38,228 bases of DNA from a virus. Taxonomy: Duplodnaviria; Caudoviricetes. Under the pieces are notes generated by a model, which had not been told where the DNA came from, searched no databases, and saw only the letters and a list, made by a program, of their open reading frames with translations. Below are positions 34,838 through 38,228 of this stretch, piece by piece; the first letter of the stretch is position 1; each line of letters starts with the position of its first letter. The stretch lies in the IMG/VR virus record IMGVR_UViG_3300008117_000123, positions 1 through 38,228 of that record. One strand, given 5' to 3'. Made by a program: the position numbers and the translations under genes.

Positions 34838-35443
34838 ATGCCATTAAAACAAAGTGAACTTGCAAGTAGCGGTTTAGGCCGAGGTGCTACGGGCCCAATT
34901 GGTCCGATAGGTGCAACGGGTTCAACTGGACCAATTGGATCTACGGGTTCAACCGGACCAATTGGATCTACGGGTGCAGGAACAACCGGTGCTACAGGAC
35001 CAATTGGTCCTGTGGGTGCAACAGGTCCACAAGGTTCTACTGGTGCAACTGGTATTCAAGGACCAATAGGTTCAACAGGTGCAACAGGCCCCGTTGGTTC
35101 AACAGGACCGTTTGCAGATACAACAGCAACACTAAACATTACAGGTGTTAATGTTTCAAACATTTATTATTTTACAAATTATGCTCCAAGAAACTTACGA
35201 ATTAGCTATATGTCTGCAACAATAGTAAATGGTTCTGGCACTGCCACAGTAACAATTTTTAATAGTCGTGGCAGTATTGGAAATTTACAATCTGTTCCTG
35301 TTAACAACACGAGTAATAGCTTTAGGGTACCAAATGTGAATTTCAATGTTGCTGTAGGAGAAACTTTGTATGCTAGTATAACTAACAATGCTTTAAGTTC
35401 ATCCAGTGCTGTTTTAGTTATTACTTTAGGATTTTCTTCTTAA
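34838..35443 (+). CDS. Short collagen-like fibre protein with C-terminal beta domain
   Basis: About 25 Gly-X-Y triplets followed by a beta-rich tail. Confidence 0.75.
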   Translation: MPLKQSELASSGLGRGATGPIGPIGATGSTGPIGSTGSTGPIGSTGAGTTGATGPIGPVGATGPQGSTGATGIQGPIGSTGATGPVGSTGPFADTTATLNITGVNVSNIYYFTNYAPRNLRISYMSATIVNGSGTATVTIFNSRGSIGNLQSVPVNNTSNSFRVPNVNFNVAVGETLYASITNNALSSSSAVLVITLGFSS

Positions 35444-35448
35444 TTAAT

Positions 35449-36357
35449 ATGCCTGAAATATATATTGACACTGCTGGTTCTCAAAACTGGACTGTTCCAG
35501 CAGATTGGGATATAAAAGCTCCCAATAAAATAGAACTTGTAGGCGGAGGTGGAGGTGGAGGAATCAGTTTAATTTATGAACTTTATACTTTTTTTGATTT
35601 CAACAGCATACCACAAACAAATAGACTTGGCTATAGGTTTTATAATTATGGTTTAGGTGGAGGTGGAGGTGCGTATGCGAGAATTACTAATGTAAATTTG
35701 GTTCCAGGACAAGTTATACCAGTAAGCGTTGGCGGAGGTGGTGAACAAGGTGTTCGTACTGCAATTTACAGTACGACAGGATTTAATAAAATTAATTATG
35801 GTGGTGGTGGTGGATCAACTTTTTTTGGTTCTGCAGAATCGATTATTTTTGTGTCAAGTAGGGCAGGATCGTGGAATATGGATTATATTAGTGGATTTGA
35901 GTCACCTCAAGGTGTCAATCATCAAGGAGGAATTTTTGGAGATCCAAGTAATACCAATAATGTGAAGGTTCCGCCAGGATTTTTGACAACAAGAGTTGAT
36001 TATGGACAAGGGATGAGCCGTAATTACGATTTGTCTTTTCAAATTCCTCCATCATTTAAAACAGATCCATTTAATTTACCAATAAACGGTAGGTGGCCAA
36101 CAGGAGAAAATCCTGCAACTTTTCCAGGTTTTCCTGGAGTTGCACCGGACAATCCTACATTTATAGTAAATCCTAATAATCAATCTTTTATTTATGGTGC
36201 TGGTGGCGCAGGCGAAATAATGCAAAGACCTGGAGGTTTTGCAAGTCCACCCACTCCATCATTTATTGTGGTTCCACCACAACCAGGAAATAAAGGAGTT
36301 ATAAAAATTACTTATGTTAGCACAGGTACTCATCAAAATTGTGTGTGGATATCATAA
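35449..36357 (+). CDS. Glycine-rich tail-fibre/adhesin-like protein
   Basis: WTVP.D...IELVGGGGGGG, GGGGGAY, V.VG.GG, YGAGG.G and G..GVI.ITY motifs. Confidence 0.7.
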   Translation: MPEIYIDTAGSQNWTVPADWDIKAPNKIELVGGGGGGGISLIYELYTFFDFNSIPQTNRLGYRFYNYGLGGGGGAYARITNVNLVPGQVIPVSVGGGGEQGVRTAIYSTTGFNKINYGGGGGSTFFGSAESIIFVSSRAGSWNMDYISGFESPQGVNHQGGIFGDPSNTNNVKVPPGFLTTRVDYGQGMSRNYDLSFQIPPSFKTDPFNLPINGRWPTGENPATFPGFPGVAPDNPTFIVNPNNQSFIYGAGGAGEIMQRPGGFASPPTPSFIVVPPQPGNKGVIKITYVSTGTHQNCVWIS

Positions 36358-36445
36358 TCTCAAAATTTCGAATTTTTGTGTTCCGGCTCAAGAATTTTTT
36401 TTAGCGCTTTCAAAGTTTCGAAAAGCGCATTTACTCCTAGAAGCG

Positions 36446-36454
36446 TAATAAATA
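36446..36454 (+). promoter_or_regulatory. Late-promoter-like TAATAAATA before gp25
   Basis: One mismatch to TATAAATA, just upstream of the ATG at 36459. Confidence 0.45.
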
Positions 36455-36458
36455 AAAG

Positions 36459-36851
36459 ATGGCAAACCTAACAAAGATATATTCAGACATCGACTTTACA
36501 TTTACCAAAAAACCGGTAATTGGTGATGTCGCTCTTAGCTACGATGACTTGGCGGTTATTCGTTCAATCCGTAATCTACTGTTGACCAAACATTATGAAA
36601 GACCTTTTAATCCTGACATTGGATCAAACATTGATGCGATACTATTTGAACCAATTTCACCGGTAACAGCAACAAGTTTAGAAAAAGAAGTGGAACTGGT
36701 TATAAAAAACTATGAAAAAAGAGCAAAGTTAAAAGAAATAATCATTGTACCATATCCTGATAAAAATGCTTATGATATTACAATTAGTTTCTACATTGAA
36801 AATGCTACATTACCAACATCAGTAACATTACTTCTAGAAAGAAATAGATAA
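36459..36851 (+). CDS. 25: Baseplate wedge gp25
   Basis: YSDIDF.F...P..GD......AV.RSIRNL.LT...ERPFNP.IGS.....LFEP...I.NYE.R. Confidence 0.92.
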   Translation: MANLTKIYSDIDFTFTKKPVIGDVALSYDDLAVIRSIRNLLLTKHYERPFNPDIGSNIDAILFEPISPVTATSLEKEVELVIKNYEKRAKLKEIIIVPYPDKNAYDITISFYIENATLPTSVTLLLERNR

Positions 36852-36852
36852 A

Positions 36853-38228
36853 ATGGCTGGAAATAAATCCAATATTCAGATTACAGATTTAGATTTTAAT
36901 ACAATTAAAACTAATCTTAAAAAGTTTCTGCAATCACAAAACACATTACAAGATTACAACTATGAAGGTTCTGCACTTTCTACATTGTTGGATATTCTTG
37001 CCTATAATACACAGTATAATGCTTATTACTTGAATATGGTTGCTAATGAGATGTTTTTGGATTCAGCACTACAAAGGTCATCGGTTGTTTCTCATGCAAA
37101 ACTATTAAACTATACACCAAAATCAGCATCAGCTCCATCAGCCACCATTAATATCACTTTTAATCAAGTGACTGATTCTTCGTTAACACTACCAAAATTT
37201 ACTTCTTTTATGTCCGAAGCAATTGATGGCGTGAATTATAAATTTGTAACAGTTAACTCAACCACATTAAATACAAATACTGTTTCCAATTCAGTTACAT
37301 TTTCAAACTTAACAATTAAACAAGGTGAACCAATCACCTTAAATTATACCTATGATTCTGCGGCCAATCCAACAGCTATATTTGATTTACCCGACACAAA
37401 CGTTGACACAACAACTCTGACTGTATCGGTACAACAAAGTGGTTCAAATACTGCCTATGAAATCTATAATTTAGCAGAAGATTATTTAAGTTTAAATACA
37501 ACATCAAGTGTGTATTTTTTACAAGAAGGTATCAATGGTTTCTATCAAATATATTTTGGTGATGGTATATTAGGTAAATCAATTACTGATGGTAATATTG
37601 TAACGGTTTCATATATTGTGACCAATGGTACAAGTTCAGCAGGTGCAAACAATTTCGTATTGATGGATGCTGTTTCTGGTTATTCAAACACCACAATATT
37701 ACCTATCACCTCTACAACTCAAGGTTCCGAAAAAGAAACCATTGAATCAATCAAATACACAGCACCTAAATCATACTCTGCTCAAGGTCGTGCCGTTACA
37801 AAAGAAGATTACATCTATCTAATACAGAATAATTCTGGTGTTTTTCCGGTAGATGCTGTTAACGTTTGGGGTGGAGAAGAAAATAATCCTCCTGTTTATG
37901 GTACTATTTTTATTGCCGTAAAACCAAAAGGTGGATATACTTTAACACAAACGCAAAAAAATATTATTGAAGAAAGAATTATTAAACCTATTTCTGTATT
38001 AACAATTAAACCAAAAATTATAGATGTTGACTACACATACTTAAAAATTATATCAAATATATATTATAATCCAAAATTAACAGCATTGACTTCTAATCAA
38101 TTAGAAACACAAGTGTTTAATGCTATTCAGAATTTTGCAACCAACACATTAAATAAATTTAATTCAACATTTCAATTATCATCATTAATAACCACAATAC
38201 AATCTGTCAACCAATCATTTATAACCAA
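36853..38228 (+). CDS. 6: Baseplate wedge gp6, 3'-truncated (not in ORF track)
   Basis: MAGNKSNIQITDLDFNTIKTNLKKFLQSQ...DYNYEGS.LS.LLDILAYNT.YNAYY.NM..NEMFLDSA..RSSVVSHAK; later FGDG.LG and Q.RAVT..DY. Confidence 0.93.
   Translation, partial: MAGNKSNIQITDLDFNTIKTNLKKFLQSQNTLQDYNYEGSALSTLLDILAYNTQYNAYYLNMVANEMFLDSALQRSSVVSHAKLLNYTPKSASAPSATINITFNQVTDSSLTLPKFTSFMSEAIDGVNYKFVTVNSTTLNTNTVSNSVTFSNLTIKQGEPITLNYTYDSAANPTAIFDLPDTNVDTTTLTVSVQQSGSNTAYEIYNLAEDYLSLNTTSSVYFLQEGINGFYQIYFGDGILGKSITDGNIVTVSYIVTNGTSSAGANNFVLMDAVSGYSNTTILPITSTTQGSEKETIESIKYTAPKSYSAQGRAVTKEDYIYLIQNNSGVFPVDAVNVWGGEENNPPVYGTIFIAVKPKGGYTLTQTQKNIIEERIIKPISVLTIKPKIIDVDYTYLKIISNIYYNPKLTALTSNQLETQVFNAIQNFATNTLNKFNSTFQLSSLITTIQSVNQSFIT

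Overview
A 38.2-kb piece of an AT-rich, T4-like (Tevenvirinae-related) myophage genome. The tmRNA tag points to a proteobacterial host. Layout: (i) 1-3235, small accessory genes including a DenV-like pyrimidine-dimer glycosylase. (ii) 3225-8722, an accessory cluster with a radical SAM/SPASM enzyme, a late-promoter-driven Asn-Cys-repeat protein with a virion-type N-terminus, four 2OG-Fe(II) oxygenases (one Asp/Asn beta-hydroxylase-like) and a small Cys-rich protein. This cluster is the best candidate for an undescribed system, namely RiPP-like modification of a virion protein. (iii) 8722-13175, a PD-(D/E)xK exonuclease, a circularly permuted two-piece tmRNA (tag ANDKYALAA), a SleB-like hydrolase, gp33, gp59, a HAD nucleotidase and gp32. 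(iv) 13221-18803 on the minus strand, gp4, gp2, a gp54-like gene, gp26 joined to a start-less gp51-like ORF by a candidate -1 frameshift (U UUU UUC), and two paralogous tape-measure/hub-like genes. (v) 18841-38228, gp48, gp53, a hub protein, a split gp5, a GT4 glycosyltransferase in front of very large Gly-X-Thr collagen-like fibres, PA14 and Gly-rich adhesin-like genes, gp25 and a partial gp6. All family calls come from motif recognition by eye; no database searches were run.
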